From Scyliorhinus canicula (taxonomy: Eukaryota): a stretch of 64,000 bases of DNA. Location: the NCBI RefSeq assembly GCF_902713615.1, contig NC_052154.1, positions 92,387,030-92,451,029 on the forward strand, given 5' to 3'. Every line of letters starts with the position of its first letter. The stretch's first letter is position 1. The translations under genes and the position numbers were made by a program. Below the pieces are notes generated by a model that had not been told where the DNA came from, ran no database searches, and saw only the letters and a list, made by a program, of their open reading frames with translations. Positions 54,501-64,000 of this stretch are shown in pieces.

Positions 54501-57500
54501 TCACCCTACTCAAACCCACATATCCACCCTATACCCGTAACCCAACACCCCCCCCCCCCCCCCCCTTAACCTTACTTTTATTAGGACACTACGGGCAATT
54601 TAGCATGGCCAATCCACCTAACCTGCACATCTTTGGACTGTGGGAGGAAACCGGAGCACCCGGAGGAAACCCACGCACACAGCGGGAGGACGTGCAGACT
54701 CCACACAGACAGTGACCCAGCCGGGAATCGAACCTGGGACCCTGGAGCTGTGAAGCATTTATGCTAACCACCATGCTACCCTGCTGCCCCTAAGCTTCGT
54801 CCAGATCATTTATGTATATCACAAACAACAGTGGTCTGAGCACGGATCCCTGTGGAACACCACTAGTCACCTTTCTCCATTTTTAGACACTCCCTTCCAC
54901 CACTACTCTTTGTCTCCTGTTGCCCAGCCAGTTCTTTATTCATCTAGCTCGTACACCCTGAACCCCATACGGCTTCACTTTTTCCATCAACCTGCCATGG
55001 GAAACTTTATCAAATGCTTTACTGAAGTCCATGTATATGACATCTACAGCCCTTCCCTCATCAATTAACTTTGTCACTTCCTCAGAGAATTCTATTAGGT
55101 TTGTAAGACATGACCTTCCCTGCACAAAAGCATGCTGCCTATGACTGATAAGTCAATTTTCTTCCAAATGTGAATAGATCCTATCCCTCAGTATCTTCTC
55201 CAACAGTTTGCCTACCACTGACGTCAAGCTAACAGGTCTATAATTCCCTGGATTATCCCTGCTACCCTTCTTAAACAAAGGGACAACATTAGCAATTCTC
55301 CAGTCCTCTGGGACCTCACCCGTGCTCAAGGATGCTGCAAATATATCTGTTGAGGCCCCAGCTATTTCGTTCCTCGCTTCCCTCAGTAACCTGGGATAGA
55401 TCCTATCCGGTCCTGGGGACTTGTCCACCTTAATGTCTTTTAGAATATCCAAAACCTCCCCCTTCCTTATGCCCACATGACCTAGAGTATTTAAACATCC
55501 ATCCCTAGCCTCAATATCCATCATGTCCCTCTCCTTGGTGAATACCAGAGTGGAGATATGTCCATCCTGGCTGTTGGAGATTGTGGTTGAATCTGACTGT
55601 TTGTGTTAATGACACATATGCTTTATGGATGCCGTGTCATGAGGGTTTTTTAAAATTCATTCGTGGGATGCCGCTGTCAGTGACAAGGTCAGCATTTATT
55701 ACCCTTGCAGTCCCTGTGATATCGGTACACTCACAGTGCTGTAAGGGAAGGGGGTTCCAGGACTTTGACCCAGTGACAGTGAATGAAGGACAATATACTT
55801 CCACATCAGGCTGGTGAGTGGCTTGGAGAACTTTTAGGTGTTCCTAGCTCTGGTGAAAATCAATCTCATCCAGCACGATGGTGGTGCCTGACAATAATGT
55901 GAAGTCAGGACTGTGTCTCCACAAGGACTGTGCAGTGATCTGTACCAATATTGTATTTTACAGATGCATCTTTGTCAGGTGGAATTGCGAGGACAAGGTA
56001 ATTCATGATATTTTCCGCTAATGAATGTCATGACCGCAGGCTGCTGACTCAGCCCAGCCTGCTATGTCCTTTAGGCATTCACTAGGATTCCTAGATTACT
56101 AGTTCAGTAATATCATGTGAAAGGTACGAACAAGGTGGTCGCGGAAATAATGCTCCCATTTGTGGGTCAGTCCGGCACATGGGGAACTGCTTTAAAATAA
56201 GACGTTGCCCTTTTAGTGCAGAGGTAAGGATTTTTTTTGTCTCAGAGGGTTGTACGACTTCGGAACTCGCTGTCTCAGAAGGCGATGGAGGCGGGTTCAT
56301 TAAATATTTTCAAAGTGGAGGGAGATAGACTATTGTTAGACAAGGGAATCAAAGTTTATCAGGTAGTTGGGAATGTCGAATTCATAATAATCTTTATTTT
56401 TGTCACAGGTAGGCAATTAAGTCACTGTGAAAAGCCCCTAGTTGCCACACTCCAGCGCCTGTTCATGTGCATTGAGGGAGAATTAAGAATGTCCAATTTA
56501 TCTAACAGCACTTCTTTTGGGACTTGTGGGAGGAAACTGGAGCACCCGGAGGAAACCCACGCAGACACAGGGAGAACACGCAGAACAAACAGTGACCTAA
56601 GCCAGGAATTAAACCTGATACCCTGACGCTGTGAAACAACAGTGATAACAACTGTACCGCCCAATTTGAAACACAAGCAAATCAGCCTTGATCATACCGA
56701 ATGGCGATGCAACCTCGAGGGGATGAATGGCCTACTACTGCTCCTATGCCTTGCCTTCACACCATTACACTGCATTAATACAAATGATTGGACTGTTTGA
56801 ATATTTCCAGTGCTGCAGGGTTTGGCCCTATTTTATTGAATGAACTGTGTACGGTTTTTCATTTAAATATTTTATTTTATTCTTGCAGATGGTCACATCG
56901 CACGTTTCTTACTGATTTATGCAACTGCAGGAGGCGGATTTGTATCTCTGGTGCTGGGTCTCATTATTGTGAAGTGTTGCGTGACAAACAAAAGAAACAG
57001 TATGAAAGACTTTTTCCTTCTCGCTAAAATAAGCACAGCCCTTAACAAGAGTGGGAGAGCGAGCAAACAAAATCATGTTACATGTAAAGAGGGAGTTCGT
57101 TGATTGCAACTGAACAGTTCAAACAATCGCCTATATCACAGGAACAGAGATAATTGGGAATATTTCCTGAGATTTAGAATGTCAGATTTACTCCTGTAAA
57201 CTTCATTTACACATATTTCAACAATGATTTAGTGAATATGTTTTTTAAATCATTATCGATGTAACATTGATTTGATCAAGGTGTGACCTGATAGAAATCT
57301 ACAAGATTATGAGAGGCATGGATGGAGTGGATGGGCAGGCACTCTTTCCCAGGGTGGAGGGGTCAGTCACTATGGGGCATAGTTTTAAGGTCTGTGGGGC
57401 AAAGTTTAGAGGAGACGTGCAAGGCAGGCTTTTTACAGAGAGGGTGGTGAGTGCCCGGAAGGCGTTGCCAGGGGAGGTTGGCAAAGCAGATATATTAACG

Positions 57501-60500
57501 GCATTCAAAAGTCATCTTGACATGGATAAGATGGGTATAGAGGGATATGGCACTAGGAAATGCTGAGGGTTTTGGCCAACGGTGGCATCATGACCGGTAT
57601 AGGCTTGGAGAGCCGAAGGGCCTTTTCCTGTGCTGTATTGTTCTTTGTTCTTTGAATTTTTAATTTGGGTATAATTTTCCACGACCCTCCACCACCCCTG
57701 CAGCCAAACGTTCAATGTGTGCTTTATTGTAAAATCTCCTATCATTGCCTGCAAACTTACCCTTATAGGCCACTGAGTGTAAAAGTGTTTATTCTGCCCA
57801 TGCAATTTAAGAAGCACCCTCTCACTGCCAGGCCTGCAACAGAGCAATAAGGCTCAGATTGTGAAAAACTGATTGGAAATCACACAATTCCAAACGTGAT
57901 CTGGAGTTAATTTTATGCTTTACACTGAATCTACTAGAAATGTCCTTCTGAGCTCTGTAAATGTTCATTCTAAAGTCGTGAACTTCATTAATTTCCAGGT
58001 GTGCAGAGAGATGGTGAAAGATCCGATTATTCCGGACATCAGGTATGTTTCCACAATCGATTCTAATGCACTTCAAATGTAAATATAAATATACGCACAG
58101 CAATGATTTAACCTATTTAAATAGGGCAGCATGGTAGTACAGTGGTTAGTACTGTTGTTTCACAGCTCCAGGGTCCCAGGTTCGATTCCTGGCTTGGGTC
58201 ACTGTCTGTGCAGAGTCTGCACATTCTCCCCATGTCTGCGTGGGTTTCCTCTGGGTGCTCCGGTTTCCTCCCACTGTCCAAAGATGTGCAGGTTAGGTGG
58301 ATTGGCCATGATAAATTGCCCTTAATGCCCAAACAGATTGGGTGGGTTGCTGGGTTATGGGGCTACAGGGATAGGGTGGAGTTGTGGGCTTAAATGGCAT
58401 TCTCTTTCCAAGTGCCGGTGCAGACTCGATGGGCCAAATGGCTTCCTTCTGCACTGTAAATTCTATGTAAATTGCTATGTTTTATTCTTGCGTTCAAAAT
58501 TCAGAAGAAATGAAACAGTGTGAATTCTGCAGTTGATCTGTAGAAGCGGTCATTGTCAATAGATCAAAGGCACCTGATTTATAACTCTATCTGGCTGTGA
58601 AGAAGCATGTTGCATAAAACTTAACATCCATTGAATAGTAATGGGGAAACCTACTTCTCCCTCCTGTGCACAGTGGGCAATGTGATGACGGCTGTACCAT
58701 ACCCATTCAGCAATTTTAAACCAGAGCGCACAATTTCAAATCCTACCACGATATTTTGATACTTAAGTTCAGTTTCAAAAAATTTATCTGATCAAAATAA
58801 GGTAGATATGCAAAAATACCCGTGAATTTGTCATGTTTCTGCAAAAGCACAACTGGTTAATTAATGTCTGACAGCACGTCTACCTTCTTGAAATTATGTG
58901 TTCTTGACTCAAGTCCATAATGCCTGGTCTAACTCTTAAATTAATTCTGAAATTTCCTGACATGCCCATCACCGCTTTCTCAGGGCATTGACTGTTAGAA
59001 CTGATTGTTGGCCTTGTCAGGAAGGTCACAGCGTGAGAGAGTACAAGATCCTGCAGGATATCACAAGCTGAAGATACCAGATTTGCTGTTGAATGTTTCT
59101 GTGGGTGCTCAGGCAATGGAAGTGGAACTTTGGATCAAGTTGCTGCAGTGCGAATAACCACAAGGAGACAGGTGCCGAGAAATTTGTATTAATTCCCATT
59201 GCCTTATTCTCCAATCAGGTATTCCAAATGAATTTGGAACAATCCCACCCAACCCAAGTAAGAGTATTATCTAATTGGTTATTGGGATGTTTGGATGTAC
59301 AAAGGGATCTGGGTGTCCTTGAACACCAGTCAATGAAAGTGATGAGGCAGATGTAGCAAGTAATTTTGAAAGCAAATGGTATTTTGTTCTTCATTGCAAG
59401 AGGATTTTAGTTCCGAAGACGGGAACTCTTACTACAGTCATATAGGGCCTCGGTGAGTCCACACCTGGAGTACTGCGTGAAATTTTGGTCTCCCTTCCTA
59501 AGAAATGATACACTTGCCATAGGGCGAGTGCAGAGGAGGTTCACTAGGCTGAGTCCGGGGTTGACGGAACTGTTCTAAGAAGAGACATGGGTTCGACTGG
59601 CCCTATAATGATCAGAGCTTGGATGGATGAGAGGACATCTGTTTGAAACCTGTAAATTTCTAACAGTGCTGGACAGACTAGATGCTGGGAGAATTATTTC
59701 CCTGGTGGCACTCTAGAACTCGGAGACACAGTCTCAGGATATAGGGTAGACCATTTAGGACTCAGATGAGGGAAATTCGGTAGAATTCTCTACTACAGAA
59801 GGTTAAGGAGGCCAAGTAAACAAATGTACTCAAGTAATAGAAATTTAGATTTCAATGGCACCAAGGGGCATAGGAAGGAAGTGGGGATATGACAGTGAGA
59901 CAGAGAATCAGCCATGTTCGTATTGAATGGTGGAGCACTCTCTACGGGCAGAATGGTGCACTCCTTTTCCTAGTTTCTCTGTTTCTATGTGTTTGCCTTG
60001 AACACAATTGGATGGGGTGGGATCGTGGTATGGGATTTGTTGCCACACAGGCCATGAGGCCAACCAGGCACCATAAAGCTTGTTGGAACACAGTGCCATG
60101 GACCCTGGTTTGGGTCACTGTCTGTGTGGAGTCTACACATTCTCCCCGTCTCTGCGTGGGTTTCCACCAGGTGCTCCAATTTCCTCCTACAAGTCCCAAA
60201 AGATATGCTTGAAATGAAAATGAAATGGCATGTTAGGCGAATTGGACATTCTTAATTCTCCTGAACAGCTGCCGGAGTGTGGTGGCAACGGGATTTTCAC
60301 AGTAATTTCATTCCATTTCAAAGTAAAAATAATAATCTTTATGAGTGTCGTAAGCCTACTTGTGACACTAATAAACATTATTATTATTATTACTTTGCCG
60401 CTATTTTCCATTTATTGACTTCAATTGACAGAAATATGTTGCCATTTACTCAAACATTTGCAATACACTGGCTTTTTCATCAACTTTCTGGTCAGGGCAG

Positions 60501-63136
60501 AGAGTAACATCCTTGAATATCACCCCGTCAACAGCTGAATTCAGTAAGATCTGTTTTCTGTGATAAATGTTCACATTTACTTTCCATTTGTATCTGTGTT
60601 TCTAATTCTTCCCAGTGCTCATCAGAGTGTACCTTAGTGCAAGAGCCATGGAAGTAGATATTACTGAGAAATATTGATATATTGCCGGCGACCAGAGTTC
60701 AACTCCGGTCTTGGATGCCTGTCTGTGTGGAGATTGCCCCGTGCATTCTCCCCATGTCTGTGTTGGATTCCACCGAGTGCTCCGGTTTCTCCCCAGCGTC
60801 CAAAGATGTTCAGGTTAGGTGGTTTGGCCATGCTAAAAAAAATGGCCTTAAGATGTGCAGGTTAAATGAGGTTATGCGAATGGTGTCAGGGAGAGGGCCG
60901 AGGTAGAGGACTCTTTTGGAGGGTTGGTGCAAACTCGATGGGCCAAATCGTAATCTTCTGCACTATATGGATTCCATGGAATATAACAATTCCTGTTTCA
61001 TTGCACAACACAGTTAAAAATATATATAATTTGATACACATTATACATGTAGACGTGGATATTGCGACATTATGGATGAATAGAAATATGGTGGTGCGTG
61101 TAGTATGGCATTTCGCGGTCATGTTGTAATGTAAACTCGTTTGCTCCATGATTGCGGATTACTCTTTGCGGGTTGTCTGAACATCAGAACTGATCTGATT
61201 ACCAGCCACGCTCCTCTCTGGGTTAATTCAATTCCTTCCAGTCTATAATTGCTGCAGAAATTTTCCAATCATGCCTCGCGTTCAATTTCATAAAACCATC
61301 TCAATGGCATCCCTACTTTTGCTGTAGCATCCGTATGAATTCAACCAGCGACTCCCATTAATGGCATGCAAGGATCAAGCGTGATCCCGCATTCTCTATT
61401 TTGGGAATTTCTCGGGATTTCATTAACTTCGACTGAATATTCGCAGCAATCCCAGACAACCAAATGGAAGAGCATCTTCAGCTCTTTACACCGGTTCTCC
61501 TAGAATTCTGGTAGCCACGCAGTCATGTATGATCAGGAGAGCGGTTGTCGCTCTGAAACGGTGAACGCAGATTTCCGCTTTTCCCGCCCGCTTGTTCATG
61601 AAGCAATGTTTGGGCGGAGCATCCAAATGGAAATCCGGTGGGTGAGATACACCTACCCAGGAACTTTCTTCGGGTTGATTTCAGTGCTAGGAAAATAGGC
61701 CAGATGTGGTTTCCATCAGTGCCTCCTCCAGATTTTCCATTCCTCGCTCTCCGCTGACGATGCCTTAAACCCAGGCGGTAAACTCTTTCGTCACTACCCC
61801 AGAAACCCGACTCAGTCCGTTCGCTGGGCGCTGGTGACGCAGAGATGGGAGTCAGGCGAGATTCAACGAATAATAGTCACTGGCACCCATTCATTTAATT
61901 CTGGATGCTGGAGCTACAGTTTAGGGATCTGCTTGCATTGTTGCTTGAAGCATCCGGTCGAGATTATTCGTCCCAACGACATGACAAGAGATGTTTTTCT
62001 TTGTCTTTCCGTCCGTTCAGGGGGATATCCAAACGTTGGCGCCTTATGCCGGACGAGATGCGACTGACTCCCAGAAGGCCGCAATACGTAAAGAAAGGAC
62101 AGCATATATGCAGGTAGGCTTAAAGAGTCGATCAAAAGATGCTGAATAACAGTCATTAACAAATATAACGGTGTATTGAGAAACATCTCTTTAATACTGC
62201 TTTGGTACTTTGGTCGGCTTTAAAACTAATCGGAATGGCAACTACAGCTCTGTTTGTCCTCGGGGTCGCTACGTGAGAATTGAGAACAATGTATACACTG
62301 ACACTCTAGTGCAATCGTAAGGGTCGTCTGCATTGTCTAAAGTGCCGGCTTTCAGGTGATAAGTTTTCACAGCATCCCTACAGTGCAGAGAGAGGCCATT
62401 TGGTCCATCGAGTCTGCACCCACCCTCTGAAACAACACCCTACCTAGACCCACTCCGCTACCTGCACGTTTTTAAACACTGAGGGGCAATTTTAGCATGG
62501 CCAATCCATGTAACCTGCACACATTTGGACCCAGAAGAAATCTACGCAGACACGCAGAAAAAGTGAAAACTCATCACTGATAGTGACCAAGGCGAAATTG
62601 AACCAGGGTCACTGTGCACCTGTGCCGCCCTGAGACCATATTTACCTGGTAAAGTGGATCTAATGCCACTTATTTGGGAGATGACCAAGGCTTATCTTCT
62701 GTGGCCTGATCAGTGACTTGGTCGTTATCACTGAAACAAAACATTACCACCATCTTGCTGTTAGTGGAATTTTACTGTGAACATTTCCGCTGTCAGGCTT
62801 GCCCCAGTGACTAGCTGCACCACAACAAGTACTTCATTGATTGTAAAACACGTCACGAGGTCGTGACATGCAAGGTTTTGTTTTTCCATTTCAATGACTG
62901 AGTTTAACTTTAGAGTATAAACAAGTAAAATATGAAACTAATTATATTCCCAAACATTGATTTCACAGACCAAACCAAGACGACCTGACAATGCGCTGAC
63001 CTACGCTGCTCTAGATATGTCAGGGTCAAAGAAATCAGCAAATCCTAATTATAAGCATACAAGCACGGAGTATGCTCAGCTAAGGATTGAAAAACAAAGA
63101 GCAGATGTTATCCACACGGAACCGAAAGCGACGTGA
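48470..63136 (+). CDS. Ig-superfamily receptor, leader-V(J-joined)-C1-TM-ITIM/ITSM, 336 aa predicted; CDS join(48470-48524,48683-49003,50339-50650,56889-56999,57999-58042,62969-63136)
   Basis: All five introns are GT-AG with phases 1,1,1,1,0. The joined CDS is 1011 nt and open from ATG to TGA, and the domains fall in the order expected of a type I receptor. Confidence 0.85.
48683..49003 (+). CDS. Exon 2: V-set domain with integral J-like G strand
   Basis: [10 protein letters not shown]...NVSFHCS...VNWWKK...[37 protein letters not shown]; acceptor ccccatag, donor g|gtacgt. Confidence 0.92.
49860..50320 (+). mobile_element. DeuSINE (SacSINE1/AmnSINE1-like), diverged
   Basis: tRNA-like ggttcaaatccc followed by tgtcggaggtgccgttcttcggatgag...gtcacattgctgtt...attggctgtgaagc, matching the recalled Deu domain. 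Confidence 0.75.
50339..50650 (+). CDS. Exon 3: C1-set Ig domain
   Basis: VPPTP...[23 protein letters not shown]...[10 protein letters not shown]...[10 protein letters not shown], with the C1 hallmarks C, F-x3-I-x3-W and YxCxVxH; phase 1/1, donor g|gtaaga. Confidence 0.92.
51560..52615 (+). mobile_element. Degraded CR1 RT fragment interrupted by a MITE
   Basis: LGPQLFT- and PHLE-like remnants on both sides of 51972-52534. Confidence 0.6.
51972..52534. mobile_element. Harbinger/PIF-like MITE (563 bp)
   Basis: 18-bp TIRs GGGCTGGATTC(A/T)CTGATC with one mismatch; 3-bp TSD TAT. Confidence 0.85.
52760..53175 (-). mobile_element. Nested CR1 3' ends
   Basis: Two 3' UTR types, (ATAC)n- and (AAGAACA)n-tailed, one inside the other. 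Confidence 0.75.
53470..55545 (-). mobile_element. CR1 LINE RT + 3' UTR with inserted SINE
   Basis: [26 protein letters not shown] and [10 protein letters not shown] motifs. Confidence 0.9.
54428..54790 (-). mobile_element. HE1/V-SINE-like SINE
   Basis: Full length, reverse orientation. Confidence 0.9.
56385..56662 (-). mobile_element. SINE with HE1-type head and (ATT)n-type tail, inserted in a CR1 3' fragment
   Basis: Head and core at 56515-56662, tail at 56385-56510. Confidence 0.75.
56889..56999 (+). CDS. Exon 4: transmembrane segment (D)[36 protein letters not shown]
   Basis: Strong acceptor attttattttattcttgcag; ~22 hydrophobic residues then a basic stop-transfer; phase-1 donor a|gtatga. 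Confidence 0.85.
57275..57655 (+). mobile_element. CR1 LINE 3' end
   Basis: [10 protein letters not shown]...FTERVV peptide and ctttgttcttt tail. Confidence 0.8.
57999..58042 (+). CDS. Exon 5: short cytoplasmic exon (S)[14 protein letters not shown]
   Basis: Acceptor ttaatttccag and donor cag|gtatgt; converts phase 1 to phase 0 as needed to join exons 4 and 6. Confidence 0.7.
58122..58480 (+). mobile_element. HE1/V-SINE-like SINE, full length
   Basis: Head, core and tail. Confidence 0.9.
59270..59985 (+). mobile_element. Degraded CR1 RT C-terminus/3' UTR
   Basis: ccacacctggagtactgc (PHLEYC) and 3' UTR similarity. Confidence 0.7.
60680..60980 (+). mobile_element. Diverged HE1/V-SINE-like SINE
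   Basis: Core and tail recognisable. Confidence 0.65.
62360..62630 (-). mobile_element. Diverged HE1/V-SINE-like SINE
   Basis: Reverse head, core and tail with deletions. Confidence 0.65.
62969..63136 (+). CDS. Exon 6: terminal cytoplasmic exon [55 protein letters not shown]
   Basis: Acceptor tgatttcacag, phase 0. ITIM LTYAAL (62996-63013), ITSM-like TEYAQL (63065-63082), TGA at 63134-63136. Confidence 0.85.
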   Translation, partial: TKPRRPDNALTYAALDMSGSKKSANPNYKHTSTEYAQLRIEKQRADVIHTEPKAT

Positions 63137-63454
63137 TAATGGGGTCCAGTGCGGAACGCGCGTTTTATTTATGTTCATTGTTAATGGCCGAACTGCTGCA
63201 TAACATCGAAAATGACAAACTAATAACCAGTGTTCTGGGGTTGGGTGGTTTAATAATAGGCCACCGCTAACCACAAACATAGATTTAGAAGCTGTCGCTA
63301 TCCTTCACTTGATTTAAGATGCTGTAATGAAATGGATTGTAAAATCACAAGATCTGATCAAACAGGCGATCACCAGGCATCTATCTGATTGGTGTTTGCA
63401 TTTGTATTTGTTACTTGTTGTTTAAGCTTTCTGAAGTTTTTGAAGCTGGCTTTT

Positions 63455-63600
63455 AAAGCAGACCAAGGCAGGCCAGCTGCACGGTTCAATTCCCGCACCA
63501 GCCTCCCCGAACAGGCGCCGGAATGTGGCGACTAGGAGCTTTTCACAGTAACTTCATTCGAAGCCTACTTGTGACAATAAGCGATTTTCATTTCATTTCA
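63455..63600 (+). mobile_element. Short SINE with (CATTT)n tail
   Basis: cacggttcaattccc...ggaatgtggcgactagg...ttcacagtaacttcatt...ttcatttcatttca. Confidence 0.8.
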
Positions 63601-63654
63601 AATTTTCACTTCACCTTGGCCAGGGGTTGGATTTAGTGCTGTTTTTTAATTTGT

Positions 63655-63982
63655 CCTTGGGATGTGGGCATCACTGGCTGGGCCAGCATTTGATGCCCAA
63701 ACCTAATTGACCTTGAACTCAGTTGTTTGCTAGGTCATTTCAGTGTGTGTGTAGTGTCCAGGTGAGGTCGGCAGAATTCCTTCCCTGACCGACATTAGTG
63801 AACCAGATGGGTTTTTACAACAATCAGCAATGGTTTCATGGTCATCATTCGACTTCTATTTTCATATTTTTATTGAATTCCAGTATCACCATCTACCGTG
63901 CCGGGATTCGAACCCGACACCACAGGCCATTACCCTGGGTCTCTGGATTGCTCGTTCAGTGACAATACCACTGAGCCACCGT
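63655..63982 (-). mobile_element. tRNA-derived SINE (family of 7470-7863)
   Basis: Reverse A box ggtggctcagtggt and B box ggttcgaatccc; tail shared with the LINE at 32071. Confidence 0.75.
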
Positions 63983-64000
63983 ATTCTCATAAAACATCCT

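Noticed and set aside
59021-59071. Candidate phase-0 terminal exon [16 protein letters not shown] with YxxL
   Set aside because: Its acceptor lies within a degraded SINE tail and the motif is not an ITIM; exon 62969-63136 fits much better.
60501-60538. ITIM-like LEYHPV followed by a stop
   Set aside because: Needs a phase-1 or phase-2 junction, but exon 5 ends in phase 0; no bridging exon found.
48470-63136. Assigning a gene symbol (TCR chain, IgL, NCR3, SIRPA, TAPBP, NCR3LG1)
   Set aside because: None fits fully: no RSS or short tail (TCR/IgL), an extra C1 domain (NCR3), only one C1 (SIRPA has two), no tapasin N-domain or KKxx motif. A phylogeny is required.

Overview
Vertebrate genomic DNA, almost certainly from a shark or other cartilaginous fish. 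This is inferred from the repeats: HE1/V-SINE-like and DeuSINE-like SINEs, dense CR1-group LINE fragments, Harbinger-like MITEs and Gypsy LTR elements. Three host genes are visible. The first is an intact 10-finger C2H2 zinc-finger ORF (596-1627,+). The second is a paralogous ZNF pseudogene split by nested LINEs (12690-14968,-). The third, and the main finding, is a six-exon Ig-superfamily receptor that the ORF track mostly misses (48470-63136,+, 336 aa when spliced by hand). It encodes a signal peptide, a single-exon germline-joined V domain with a J-like GNGT motif and no RSS, a C1-set domain, a TM segment, and a tail with an ITIM (LTYAAL) and an ITSM-like motif (TEYAQL). This is a non-rearranging, antigen-receptor-like inhibitory receptor. 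Other notable items are a full-length Gypsy element with a 16-bp self-complementary sequence where the tRNA PBS should be, a solo LTR inserted at the ZNF stop codon, and a LINE that carries a tRNA-SINE head. Gene and LTR boundaries were read base by base. SINE/LINE boundaries are approximate (about +/-10-30 bp), and family names are from recall, not database searches.
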